A stretch of 64,000 nt of DNA from Psammoneis japonica (taxonomy: Eukaryota). Shown piece after piece: positions 49,065 through 57,785 of the stretch. Positions within the stretch are counted from its first letter, which is position 1. Each line of letters opens with the position of its first letter. The position numbers and the translations under genes were made by a program. The stretch is taken from the NCBI GenBank assembly GCA_008632985.1, contig QPGO01000110.1, forward strand, positions 62,001-126,000, in the 5' to 3' direction. Under the pieces are notes generated by a model. The model saw only the letters and a list, made by a program, of their open reading frames with translations. It ran no database searches and had not been told where the DNA came from.

Positions 49065-50327
49065 CTATGACGACTCTTGCTTTTTGACGCGTTGAAAAAC
49101 ATGATATTGTTCAAATCCCTTGTTTCCAGGAGAAGGATTGACGGGTAACACCTGTCGTAGTATCCAACCGCCGCTTTCAAGGTAATCAAACAAGGTATCA
49201 TTTCCATTCGCACCACCTCGGCCTTCTCCAACATAAACCACGGTGTCATTCTCCTCTGCAACGCTCACATAACGTTGAATTATATCAAGTGCCATGGGAC
49301 CTGGCGGAGGATACACCAACAATAGGACCCGACCACGACAAGATGGCTGTTGAAGTGTTTGTTTGAAATCTGATATTTTTTTGACCTTGCTGTAAAAGAA
49401 GTCCTTTGCCGGCTGGGTGTGGTCGTGATAAATCTTGGTGGACAATGGTAGCTGGTCCATGTTGTCGAATGCCAGAACAATTTCAAACTGGTCATTATAC
49501 GTTCGTTGTTTTTGTCGTTGCTGCTGCTCAGTGTGGTGATCAACAATGGCTCGGGCCCACTGACCATGCCCGCTCCCAAATTCAACAATCCCTCGATTGC
49601 GCCCAAGCTCCAACAAGGAGTCAAGAATATCATTGGTCCATCCTGCACAACCATAACGTATCATAAAATTCTCTCGTTGTTGTGGCGAAACATTCTTGCC
49701 GTATGCAATACGACACATTTCTAGAAACAACGCGTTGAGTTCTTGTTGCTGACTCTCCGTAGTAGAAGTGACGGTGTTTGCTCCCTCGTGTCGTTGACGT
49801 AGTTCCATTGCCTTCTTCTGTATATTCAAAAGCTTTTTCTCGTCTCGACGACGTTCCTTCAGTTTGCGTCGAATCTTTGCATTGTCAAAGACTGCGTCAC
49901 CGGGAGTGATGACTCGAGGAATGGGCCAAGACACGACTCCGCTCCAAGCCAGAAATCGCCGTATCTGTCCGACGGGTGGAGGCGTTTGACTTGAACTGAC
50001 GGTATTGTTGTGACCGCTCATTTCCTGAGACACACATCTAGCCACCGATGGTCTCATCCACTGGAATACGAACGCCTGATACTCAGCACTATTACGCATT
50101 TGTTGGTGGCAGTGTCTGCTCGATGCGTCAGAAGAAAAAAGCTGACTGCTATGAACCCGATCCTCTCTTGTGCGAAAGTAGTACAAGGACGAAGCCATGG
50201 CAGTCACCAGTGCACCACCAAGTATATGCCGCTGTGGCAGGCGGTGGCAAAGAGATGTCATGACAAGCGCGTCAGATGTAGAGTGATGTTGCGGTGTTAA
50301 TAATTGCGGCTCATGGCTCATGGCCAT
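49065..50327 (-). CDS. Hypothetical SAM-methyltransferase-fold protein
   Basis: 420 aa open ORF with VEFGSGHGQWA, LLLVYPPP and VYVGEGRGG. Confidence 0.65.
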   Translation of the reverse strand: MAMSHEPQLLTPQHHSTSDALVMTSLCHRLPQRHILGGALVTAMASSLYYFRTREDRVHSSQLFSSDASSRHCHQQMRNSAEYQAFVFQWMRPSVARCVSQEMSGHNNTVSSSQTPPPVGQIRRFLAWSGVVSWPIPRVITPGDAVFDNAKIRRKLKERRRDEKKLLNIQKKAMELRQRHEGANTVTSTTESQQQELNALFLEMCRIAYGKNVSPQQRENFMIRYGCAGWTNDILDSLLELGRNRGIVEFGSGHGQWARAIVDHHTEQQQRQKQRTYNDQFEIVLAFDNMDQLPLSTKIYHDHTQPAKDFFYSKVKKISDFKQTLQQPSCRGRVLLLVYPPPGPMALDIIQRYVSVAEENDTVVYVGEGRGGANGNDTLFDYLESGGWILRQVLPVNPSPGNKGFEQYHVFQRVKKQESS

Positions 50328-50676
50328 CCTGCGAATGGCGAAAAGAATGAGGTTATCACTCAGTCAGTGTGGGTGTGCCACGTCCGTATGCGGTTTTCTT
50401 CTCACGCACGGTTAGTTGTCTTCTGACACAACTCACAGCACGTGTGCCACTGTAAAAAGGCATGTAAAGAAACACCTCACAGGAAAGCGCATTTCCGACA
50501 GCGCACACAGTTCAATCAAATGATGATTACAGCACATGTAGTCGGCTAAAGCTAAACACAGACCATTTCAGGAAAGACATGTGTTGACTCTGCTGCTCTT
50601 GTCCTGATGCTGTGTTGACTTGCGGCCGACTTGTGCGCATTTTCAGATGACACAAACTGGACATCAACACAGGTGG

Positions 50677-50953
50677 TGACAGAAAATGAAGGCAAATGGC
50701 AAGAATTCAAACAACAACTCCTTACTGCTGTCTAAACAGCAGATGAGTCTCCGCTCAGAGACCGTCACAGGAGCCGAAAGACGTGCAAGTCGGTGTGATC
50801 GGGCTGCTGTCATTGTTCTTGTGAGCCTTGTGGCTCGAAAGCAAACTGCATCGCGCGTGAACGTTGCAGAACTAAAGCACACAAAACTGTGCACGGTAAA
50901 CTAAACAGCGCACGACACTTCGCGCGCACCTGGATCCTGTTCAAATCCTGTCA
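50677..50953 (-). repeat. 3' LTR of Copia element 2
   Basis: TGACAGAAAAT...ATCCTGTCA, repeat of 57510-57785; adjacent purine tract AAACTGGGGAG on the minus strand. Confidence 0.95.
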
Positions 50954-53900
50954 CTCCCCAGTTTGCTTGAGGAGCCACAGAAACAGATTCGACTTCGGAT
51001 GGAATGAAGTTCCAGAACATGAGGGGGCGGAGAAGGTCCCAGATTTGGGAGCAACCCCAATGCTTGCTGAGAATGTCAGCAGGGTTGCGGGAGCCTTCGA
51101 TGAAGTGGAACTCAAGGCAACCAGAGGCAATTGCCTCACGCACACGGTGGAACGACAGTGCGGTGTGTCGCTTGTGTAACTTGGAGTGCGGGATGGTGGC
51201 ACTGTCTACAACCGACTTGTTGTCACCGAACATGTAACTGACATTACGGATCGGGACGCCAAGGCAGCGCAGGGTGATGCGCAGGTCGACAATCTGCTCA
51301 ACACAATTCCTTGCGGCAACAAATTCAGATCCGCAGGTTGCAGTCTCCACGGTGGCTTGTTTCTTGGAGAACCAATCAGCCGGGAATTTGTTGAGGAAGT
51401 GGAGCATTCCCATGACAGAGCGTCCGGTGAGCATGCAATGGTGCAAGTTTGCATCGACGTAGTGGGTGGCAGTGACGAACTTGCCAAGGGGCGGTGGAGC
51501 GTCCTTCGGGATCATCTCTTCTGCTTCACCATACACGGAATGCATCCATTCATAGGCCGGAGCAGGGAGATCCGAATGGTCGGGCTCTTCCGTGCGAACG
51601 CGGAGAGCACCGTGTCGCATCTTGGAGAGGCACCCACAGACGCGTTTGGCACGATCCAAGTGGCCTTGACGGGGCGCAGCTCGGAAGCTGGAGAGTGACA
51701 TGACGGCTGTGGCAATGTCAATTCGACCAAGGGACACTGCCCATTGGAGTGAACCAACAAGAGACTGGAACTTGTGAATGCCATCGGGTCCCAGCAGTTC
51801 GGAAGTGTCCAGTTCGGGGTGGTCACCCTTCTCTAGAGGTGACAGGGCGTTGGTGGCAGGTTTCTCCCCAAACAGTCGGGCATGGCTGTCGACCATGCGC
51901 TCGATGTACTTGCGCGGAGACAGGCACAAGGTTCCGTCGGGTTCCCGGGAAAAGTCGCAACCCAGATGGAACTCAATGGGTCCCGCACCCTTGAGCTTGA
52001 ACTTGTGCTTTTCCGTGAGAGTGTCGACGAAAGATTGAGGGTCCTTCATGGCAATGGCGAGGTCATCCACATAAACGGCAATGCATTCACAGTGGTCGCC
52101 GTTCCTGCGCATCCAAATGTCGGGTTCGGCGCGGCAGGGGAAGAAGCCTTCAGCTCGCAGGCAGTCGGCGAAGCGCTCGTGCCAGCGGAGACCGGAGCTG
52201 CGCAGTCCATGCAGTGCCTTGTGGATGACAAGGATGTGCCCTTCGAGTTTGCCAAACTCGGGTCCAGCTACAATGTAAAGCTTCTCCTTGGTGGTGGCTT
52301 CAAGGCAGGCATTGCCAATGTCGGTGGCCCATGTCTCCAACTCATTGAGTTCGGCCAGGAAAATCATCAGCCGAAGGCCACGGAGGGAGACCACTCCGGA
52401 GCAGACACTGTCGACAGGCATGTCCGTGAGGTGCCCGTCGGCTGCGAGTCGTGCCTTGTGGCGACCGTCGTGTTTCACGTCGCACACCAGGTGCACTCGG
52501 ATCTTCTTGTGTCCCGCAGGAGGAGTGGAAGACTTGAAGGGCCCGCAGTCATGGAAGACTTCGCATTCGTCGAGTTGGTCCATCTCGAGATTAGTTGCGT
52601 CTCCCCACTTGCGGTTGCCGTTGCGTTCGTCTAGTGACATGGCGTGTTTGTAGTTCCGGGGAACTTCGTGTCCATGCTTGTAGCGAGGTGCAGTGCGGAA
52701 GGAGCGAAGCTTGGCTTGGTTGGCCATGCGAAACAGCTTCTTTTGGCGCCTCGCGATGGTGCGGAACCGCTTCCAGCCATCCGTGTCGAGGAGTCCGTTC
52801 TCTCGTGCATAGATGGCACAGGTGACGGGGTCGTCCTTGGCGATGATGGCAAGAGGCTCGGACGTGATCTCCCCACTTTCCCATTCAAGCATGATGTTGT
52901 AGCTGGAGCCTTTCCAGGTTGGGTCGTGAGGCTTCAGAGGTCCTTCGTGCGACACGATGCGTCGAAATTTCCAAACAGTGGTGTCTTCGTCTTCTTGCTC
53001 AATGTGATTCATGATGTCATTGCAGGCAAGGACTTCCTTGCATTCGTCATTGTTGACAGAGCAGACGAACTTAGTGAGCTCGGGATTGCCGTTCACTTTC
53101 CATTCGTGGTCTTCGACGGCCTTGACGATGCGAGCTCTGTGGCATTGTCCGTCCTCTTGTGGCTGCATGAGGAAGGTACGTCCAATGATGTCTTGCGGAT
53201 CGAAAACTGGCATCTTGGGTGTCCTGATCTCCCCATCAGGAGAGTCGACGGGGTTGTCATCATGGCGAGATTTGATGATGGGTTCAGGTGGCTCCCCATC
53301 AGGAGGATCAAGACGCAGGTTTCGAATGGCAGGATCGGGTGTAGCGGAGCGGACGTTGGACCGGTGGAGGATCTTCTGAGTCTCGTCAGATAGAATCTTG
53401 AAGGTCATCTGGTGGCCGATGTGCTCAGCAATGCCAACGAAGCGTCCACGCAACTCACGGGATTCGGACGGCCAATCGGAGTCATCGAGGTGGAAGCACA
53501 CGGGTTCCCACCAGTGAAAGCGAAGCAATGGGCTGATGTCCGGGGTGGAGCCAGTGAGAGTCTCGAGGGGCGTGCGCCAGTGGAGACGTGGGGACGCTGC
53601 ATGGTTGAGTGTGAAGCACACGCACATGAGCGCCAGCAGCCATGTGTGGGCGGGCGAACCAAAACGATCCATGACAGTGTTCGCCATGCGCTTCACGGTC
53701 TGGTGTCGACGTTCGGCAAAGTTTTGGTGTTGCTGGTGAGGCTCACTTTGCCAGCTAGAGATGAAGAGGGTGCGCAGGACACCGAGCACTTTGTTGCTGA
53801 TCTCAACTTGAGCACGGTCGCTAATGAGTTTGGATGGAGCACCACGTTCACGGATCTGATCCTCGAGTGTGTTGACAAACTCTTTGTCCGTCTCAGTGCC

Positions 53901-56600
53901 GTAGACGTCAGTGACGGTAGACTCGGTGCCAACAAACAGTTGGGCGCTGGTGCAACCAGAGTCGACGGCCGGGGTGTCGGCATGAACGGTGTCAGTGGCG
54001 ATGGGCTCGTTGCGGCGGTGCACATTAAGGGCGGGGTTGGGTGATTTGCAGGCCTTGCGAAGGTGTGTACCGGCGGGCATGCGGGCGCACTGCGTGGTGC
54101 AGTCAAAAGTACGACGGACCGCATCGGCAGGTAGGAAGCCAAAGCAAGGCCGAAGAGACTCGAAGGGGGGGTCCTTGGGCTGTACAGTGCGCTCCGGAGG
54201 TGGAACGTCATCGCCCTTGGGGTCAATCGCATGCAGATGACACTCGTAGAACACGTCGTCGTTCGGAATGAGGTGATCATCGAGGGCGGACGCGTGATCG
54301 GCAGACAAGGAAGCGGACAAGATGGTCTCGTTGACAACGACACGATGACGGCAGTTGCCGCACTCGCCAAACAGGTTGGCAGTGGGATCGTCCTGCAGGT
54401 CAGAGATCGCGTCGCACCACTGGTCGTCGTCAGTGACGGAGTGATCGAGGACGGAAGGGTCCCATGTGTCATCACTGGTGAGGATGACATGGGGCAGGGT
54501 GTCCCATTCGGCATCAGTGTAAGGTCGCATGGCAACATGAGGCAGGCCAGCCTTGATGTCAATGGGGATGACACAGCCATCAGGAGTGGCAATGCGTTGC
54601 AAGCCGTTGGGCACCTTGACAGAGCGATCGTTGACATCCTGTTTGCACCATTCGAGCTGGCCGCAGGAATGGATGGTCTTGCCCTTGCCCGTGCATGCGC
54701 ACTGATGGAGGATGGCGATGACGGGACCACGCTGGGTCTCAACAACGGCACCAGTGGTGACAATGGGGATGTCCACCAATTGATGATCGTCAATGCCCTG
54801 AACGTCGACTTGGCGAGAGGTGCGTGCAATGACGCGAACGTCGTCGCCAGCAATGCCGCCGTTGGCCCCACGATCGACTAGAGCGCCAGTGCGTGTGGAG
54901 CGATGAGCAGAGGCAGAGCAAATGACATTGTGGTTGTCAACGCGGCGGCAAGTGCGGCCGTTGAGTTCTGTGTCATCTGCAGAAGCTGGCGGGGTAGAGG
55001 AAGCGGCGGATGGCCCCGGTCGACTGGCATTGGGGGCTTGGTCAGGAGACAACAGACGTTGCAGATCACCGGGTGGCAGCGGCTTGCGCTTGGTGAGGTG
55101 CGCCAGGATGGGATTGTCCGAAGTGGCGTCCACATGTGGAGCGGAGTCACCAGAGTCAGCAGGAGTCGTGTTGGACAAGTTGACATCGCCGTCACTCCCA
55201 AGGCATTGGTCGTGAAGGTTGGCCGCAACAGACTCATGGCAGTTGCTGGCTCGCGGGTTGCGGGGAGGTGGACGAGAATGCTCAAGGATGATCGCCTTGG
55301 AGGAATCGGGCAACGAATCCCAGAGCCGTTGGTGGTCGGGAGGGAGACGTCTCCATTGGACACCGGCGAGGCTGGGACCGCGGGTGTGGGCAGCATTGGC
55401 CTGAAGGACGTCAACGTCGCTGTCAATGTCGTAGAACACATCGTCGGACGGTTCCTCGGAGCAGACGTCATGTGCGTGCATGGCGCGTCGGGGAGCTTGA
55501 GGTGTCGTCTTGGGTTGAAACGTGCTGTCGCACTGAGCTGCCGCGGAGAGGAGCAAGCCACAGCATTGATCGCATGTGAGGCTCTTGCCACTCTGCGCAC
55601 GATGCTGATCAGCTTGGCTCTTGACAGCACGGAGTTCCTCGACAGGGTGCACGGCATTCTCGAGCATGACGCGCTTCTGTCCTTCAGAGAAGTGGTCACT
55701 GGCCGGGATGAGTGCCTCGCACTTGCGCAACTGATCTTGCCAATGAAGGATGAAGCCGTGGGTCGGACCTTTCCAAGTGCCATCACCGAGACGCGCGGTG
55801 GTGAGGTGCGTGAGCAGGGTGGAGGACTCGATGGATGCGCGGGTGGAGGCAAGCGCGCACTCAGACAAGGAGCGGCAGACGGTCTGTGCGTCAGAAGACC
55901 CCACATTTTCGCGAATGAGAGCCTTGCCCTTGTCGGTGAGAAGGATGCGTTCGAAGACGGCGAACATGTGCTTTTGCTGTTCAGCAAAGAGCAGTTTGTC
56001 TTCGGGGCTGGTCGGTTTGTACGACGAGTCTAGAATGCACTCGACGTCTTGGGCACGGGCTTGTGCCACAAGTGAGGTGTGCCAAGTGTGCCACTGCTTG
56101 TCGGATTTGAGAGCCGTGAAAGCGGTGGGATCACGCTTGATGCCTTGCTTGAAGTCCCGCACCGGGTCGCGTGCCTTGGTCGGGTTGGTGACATGTGGAG
56201 GTGCAAGGGGTGAGCTGCCGATGGACACAGAAGACATGTGGTCGGGGCTGAGGCGGCAGGCAAGGAACTCGTCATGCGCGAACAAAGAGGAGTCGTTGGC
56301 AACATCAAGACCTTTGTGTGCTTTGACAATGCACAGACTGACCAGTGCTGCCAACATGTTCTTACAACCACGGGGCAAAGGGATCACATTGGTGCCGTTG
56401 TCGTGCTCAAGCGAGTCGATTTGGGACGGCATGAACGTGAACAGTTCCTGATGCGAGTCCGTGCCGTCTTGGGCCAAAGCCAAACGAAGAGGACTCCCAG
56501 CACCTTGGGCAAGCACGGTTCCAACCACGTGCTCGAAACCATCGGTTTGTTGCTGACGAGTGAGAACCATGGCAGACAAAAGTGGTGTCAGGACAATCAA
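50901..56600 (-). CDS. Copia gag-pol polyprotein (protease, integrase, chromo-like domain, RT, RNase H), open but heavily missense-mutated
   Basis: Protease LVDRGANGG; integrase TDTV..SDRA..NFAERR; RT YVDD; RNase H YVDAN..SEFVAA..GDNKSV..NPADILSK. Confidence 0.93.
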   Translation of the reverse strand: MIVLTPLLSAMVLTRQQQTDGFEHVVGTVLAQGAGSPLRLALAQDGTDSHQELFTFMPSQIDSLEHDNGTNVIPLPRGCKNMLAALVSLCIVKAHKGLDVANDSSLFAHDEFLACRLSPDHMSSVSIGSSPLAPPHVTNPTKARDPVRDFKQGIKRDPTAFTALKSDKQWHTWHTSLVAQARAQDVECILDSSYKPTSPEDKLLFAEQQKHMFAVFERILLTDKGKALIRENVGSSDAQTVCRSLSECALASTRASIESSTLLTHLTTARLGDGTWKGPTHGFILHWQDQLRKCEALIPASDHFSEGQKRVMLENAVHPVEELRAVKSQADQHRAQSGKSLTCDQCCGLLLSAAAQCDSTFQPKTTPQAPRRAMHAHDVCSEEPSDDVFYDIDSDVDVLQANAAHTRGPSLAGVQWRRLPPDHQRLWDSLPDSSKAIILEHSRPPPRNPRASNCHESVAANLHDQCLGSDGDVNLSNTTPADSGDSAPHVDATSDNPILAHLTKRKPLPPGDLQRLLSPDQAPNASRPGPSAASSTPPASADDTELNGRTCRRVDNHNVICSASAHRSTRTGALVDRGANGGIAGDDVRVIARTSRQVDVQGIDDHQLVDIPIVTTGAVVETQRGPVIAILHQCACTGKGKTIHSCGQLEWCKQDVNDRSVKVPNGLQRIATPDGCVIPIDIKAGLPHVAMRPYTDAEWDTLPHVILTSDDTWDPSVLDHSVTDDDQWCDAISDLQDDPTANLFGECGNCRHRVVVNETILSASLSADHASALDDHLIPNDDVFYECHLHAIDPKGDDVPPPERTVQPKDPPFESLRPCFGFLPADAVRRTFDCTTQCARMPAGTHLRKACKSPNPALNVHRRNEPIATDTVHADTPAVDSGCTSAQLFVGTESTVTDVYGTETDKEFVNTLEDQIRERGAPSKLISDRAQVEISNKVLGVLRTLFISSWQSEPHQQHQNFAERRHQTVKRMANTVMDRFGSPAHTWLLALMCVCFTLNHAASPRLHWRTPLETLTGSTPDISPLLRFHWWEPVCFHLDDSDWPSESRELRGRFVGIAEHIGHQMTFKILSDETQKILHRSNVRSATPDPAIRNLRLDPPDGEPPEPIIKSRHDDNPVDSPDGEIRTPKMPVFDPQDIIGRTFLMQPQEDGQCHRARIVKAVEDHEWKVNGNPELTKFVCSVNNDECKEVLACNDIMNHIEQEDEDTTVWKFRRIVSHEGPLKPHDPTWKGSSYNIMLEWESGEITSEPLAIIAKDDPVTCAIYARENGLLDTDGWKRFRTIARRQKKLFRMANQAKLRSFRTAPRYKHGHEVPRNYKHAMSLDERNGNRKWGDATNLEMDQLDECEVFHDCGPFKSSTPPAGHKKIRVHLVCDVKHDGRHKARLAADGHLTDMPVDSVCSGVVSLRGLRLMIFLAELNELETWATDIGNACLEATTKEKLYIVAGPEFGKLEGHILVIHKALHGLRSSGLRWHERFADCLRAEGFFPCRAEPDIWMRRNGDHCECIAVYVDDLAIAMKDPQSFVDTLTEKHKFKLKGAGPIEFHLGCDFSREPDGTLCLSPRKYIERMVDSHARLFGEKPATNALSPLEKGDHPELDTSELLGPDGIHKFQSLVGSLQWAVSLGRIDIATAVMSLSSFRAAPRQGHLDRAKRVCGCLSKMRHGALRVRTEEPDHSDLPAPAYEWMHSVYGEAEEMIPKDAPPPLGKFVTATHYVDANLHHCMLTGRSVMGMLHFLNKFPADWFSKKQATVETATCGSEFVAARNCVEQIVDLRITLRCLGVPIRNVSYMFGDNKSVVDSATIPHSKLHKRHTALSFHRVREAIASGCLEFHFIEGSRNPADILSKHWGCSQIWDLLRPLMFWNFIPSEVESVSVAPQANWGVTGFEQDPGAREVSCAV

Positions 56601-57498
56601 CTCTGGTTGGGAAGAGAAGGTAGACTCGAAACTTGGGTGAGAATGGACTTGACTTGAAACAGACTTGACTTGAAATCTTGAACTGTCTTAAAATCAGAAG
56701 TCGCCGGGCTTTGTCATCCCGTTCGTTGTCAAGTGCTAAACTTCCCATCCGGTCCGTAGAGTTGTGCCGGCACGTCCGAACCCGCAGCTGGCGGCGCTTT
56801 GGGTTGCTTGCGAGCGGAGCAGCGGGTTGTAAACCCCTGCAGGCAAGCTGACTGGAGGTGGACAAGACCCCCGAACCGTTCTCATTTTATGTCGGTTGGA
56901 TTTCCCGATCAGGCTGGCCAGTTGACGCAGGCGTCAGGCGCTGTGGACGAACGAACAAACGTGGGAAAGCACCCTCGCCCCAACGCAGGCTGCAATCACG
57001 GCTGCTTGCTCTCACAGTCGTCCTCGTAGACCTAGCAGAACTGTAGAGCACCAGTAGTCCGGGGTAGATCAGGTACAATGGACTCGGTGTGCTTGTAGAG
57101 TGGTGGCAAAACCGCAGTCCGAAGAGTGGGTGCAGGTTCTTGGCCGTGAAGATATGTATATATACACATGTCTTCAGCGACGAAGATCCTTGAATATGTA
57201 GGGTTCTTGACCGTTAACCGATGAATAGGTATATCAAGGGATGAGGATCAAGGATAGACTTGGATATGACCGTTGAATGTATGTCTTCAGCGATCAAAGG
57301 TAGTATAATCAATCCAGATATCCAGCGGTAAGGAGACTTGACGGTGACGTTAACTTCCTGCCGATGCCCTGGTATTGAATGCGCGTAGACTTGCCGATGT
57401 ATGTAGGATATATACGGAGGTCCACGTAGAATTGAAATAGCGTCGTTGGTAAATCAACGACGACGATGGCGGTTGCTCAATGGGTTGACAATGAGCAA

Positions 57499-57509
57499 GA
57501 CTGTTAATC
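57499..57509 (-). other. Candidate primer-binding site complementary to a tRNA-Asn(GUU) anticodon arm
   Basis: Minus strand reads GATTAACAGTC directly after the 5' LTR, the complement of GACTGTTAATC. Confidence 0.55.
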
Positions 57510-57785
57510 TGACAGAAAATGAAGGCAAATGGCAAGAATTCAAACAATAACTCCTTACTGCTGTCTAAATAGCAGATGAGTCTCCGCTCAGAGACCGTTG
57601 CAGGAGCCGAAAGACGTGCAAGTCGGTACAATCGGGTTGCTGTTGTTATTCTTGTGAGCCTTGTGGCTCGAAAGCAAACTACATCGCGCGTGAACGCGCG
57701 GAACTAAAGCACACAAAACTGTGCACGGTAAACTAAACAGCGCGCGATACTTCGCGCGCACCCAAATCCTGTTCAAATCCTGTCA
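57510..57785 (-). repeat. 5' LTR of Copia element 2
   Basis: Repeat of 50677-50953; bordered by TSD GGTGG. Confidence 0.95.

Larger units (their letters stand above)
50677..57785 (-). mobile_element. Full-length Ty1/copia LTR retrotransposon (element 2)
   Basis: TG..CA LTRs at 57510-57785 (5') and 50677-50953 (3'); TSD GGTGG (50672-50676, 57786-57790); PPT next to the 3' LTR; single 1899-aa gag-pol ORF. Confidence 0.97.

Noticed and set aside
53693..56033. Long alternative-frame and antisense ORFs (369-392 aa) overlapping the Copia pol
   Set aside because: Shadow ORFs of a GC-rich, stop-depleted coding region; no motifs.
50901..56600. Alternative genetic code or ADAR-type RNA editing explaining Tyr->Cys/His
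   Set aside because: Neighbouring genes use Tyr normally. Both A->G and T->C occur on one strand and differ between LTRs of a single insertion, which points to DNA-level change after integration.
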